Of a DNA stretch of 64,000 bases, positions 62,560-64,000 are shown piece after piece. The notes under the pieces were generated by a model. It saw only the letters and a list, made by a program, of their open reading frames with translations, was not told the origin of the DNA and searched no databases. The position numbers were made by a program, and so were the translations under genes. Origin of the DNA: the human T2T-CHM13v2.0 reference genome, Homo sapiens; the NCBI RefSeq assembly GCF_009914755.1, contig NC_060938.1; one strand, written 5' to 3'. The first letter of the stretch is position 1. Each line of letters starts with the position of its first letter.

Positions 62560-63570
62560 CACAGATACCTAATGAGTACCTACTAAGGGCCAGGCACCAT
62601 GGCAGGATCTGAGGACACAAAAATAAATGAGACAAGGCCTAGGTCCTTGAATCTAGTAGAGGGAAATAGCCATATAAACAAATAGATGTCTTAAAAAGAT
62701 GTTATAGATACTTTGAAGGAAGTCCATGCCAGGTACTAAGTTCAATTCTAGCTGGCTAGCATGGGGTGTGGCTGGTTAGAAAAGGTTTCTTAGTGGCAAA
62801 TGACTTCAGTTGTATATATGAACCAGCTAAAGGGAGGAGGAAGGAGAACATTCCAGCCACAAGGAATACTATGGGCAAAGACTGTCATTACATAGTTTTG
62901 TATATTTGAAGAATTTCCACTGGTTTGTAGAAATTCAGAAAAAAAAGACGCAGGCTAAACATAAGAAGAAATAATGAGCTAAGTTGTATGCATGTCAAGT
63001 TACAGGTGTCCATGGAAAACTCTAGCAGAATGATCCATTAGGCAGTAGATAATAGGTCTGGAGATGGAGAAGAAAGTAGAGCAGGAAATAGAGATTTGAA
63101 AATCATCAATACTCATGTTGAGTTGCAGTCTGGGGAGTGAATGCAATTGCCCCCAGGAGGGCATCCAGAGTGAAAACTGGGAAATAACTGAAAATTGTTT
63201 CAAAAAATGACATCTGGGAAACAATTTAAAAGGCATACAGAAAAAGAGGTAGCCATGATGGAGGCTGAAAGGGATTCAAAGTAAGTGGTTTGAGAACCAA
63301 GAAGGGAGAGAGCTCTAAGGACAAGGATAAATGTATAGGAAGAGCCAGAAAAGACAAGAACTGGGAAAGGCCTGTTGGATTCTGCTATAAATGGGTCACT
63401 AGGGCCTTTGGCAAAGTGGCTTAATATAGAGTACCTTAGACAGAAGCTCATGTTAGCAGACTAAAAGATGAAGCACACAAGTAGGCAAAGGATGTGTAGC
63501 TATTATTTGAGGAGATCAGCTTTACAGGAAAGGAAAGGAGTATTAGCCAGAGAATTAACAGATTTTTTTT
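62560..63570 (-). mobile_element. L2
   Basis: aatgagtacctactaagggccaggcacc ... gagatttgaaaatcatcaatactc ... cctgttggattctgct. Confidence 0.7.
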
Positions 63571-63589
63571 CACCAATTTTATTCAACGT

Positions 63590-64000
63590 TTTACTGGCAG
63601 ACCTATCCATTGGAATAAAGCTATAAAAAAAAATCAAAGGCCTAAATTTTGGAAGAAAGAAGTAAAGGTGTTCCTACTCACAGATATGATTTTTTTTTTG
63701 TAGAAAATCTTAGGGAATCTATAAAACAATTACTGGAGTAATAAATGAGTCTAACAAGGTCACAGAATACAAAGCTAATCAACTGAATTCTTATATACTA
63801 CCAATAACAATTTGGAAAATAAAGTTTTTTAAGAACCCAATTTCAGTAATATATAAAACAAAAAAAAAACCCTGGAAATAAATCAACAAAAGATATATAA
63901 TACTTCTACACTGAAAACTATAAAACATTGCTGAGAGATAGTAGAAAAGTTCAAAATAAATGAAGAGATAAACTATGTTCATGGATTGAAAGACTAATTA
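63590..64000 (+). mobile_element. Old L1M ORF2 RT-region fragment running off the window
   Basis: gaagtaaaggtgttcctactcacagatatgatt (EVK..LF.DDM region) ... ctacactgaaaactataaaacattgctgagag ... atgttcatggattgaaagact. Confidence 0.75.

Overview
AT-rich, repeat-dominated primate genomic DNA, almost certainly human because it carries an AluYb8 with its diagnostic 7-bp duplication. I recognise no host protein-coding exon. Every ORF with clear protein homology comes from a broken LINE-1 (ORF1, ORF2, ORF0) or a Tigger1 transposase. Main elements: a near full-length minus-strand L1PA (1-6066, 3' tip outside the window); a full-length old L1MA with an intact 14-bp TSD (39743-49979) containing a nested L1PA and an Alu; a multilayer LTR/MLT1/Tigger1/Tigger2a nest (about 30.7-34.45 kb); an LTR16/ERVL remnant; and L2, MIR, MER5 and Alu copies. 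The least expected structures are two local inverted templated duplications (15893-16099 vs 16954-17155, about 90% identical; and a 43/44-bp hairpin at 53826-53938), two retroelement insertions lacking TSDs, an open L1 ORF0, and a CpG-retaining 58-60 kb block with a CTCF-like motif and good plus-strand splice sites. I cannot support a claim of a new biological system. Subfamily names come from my recall of consensus sequences, not from a search.
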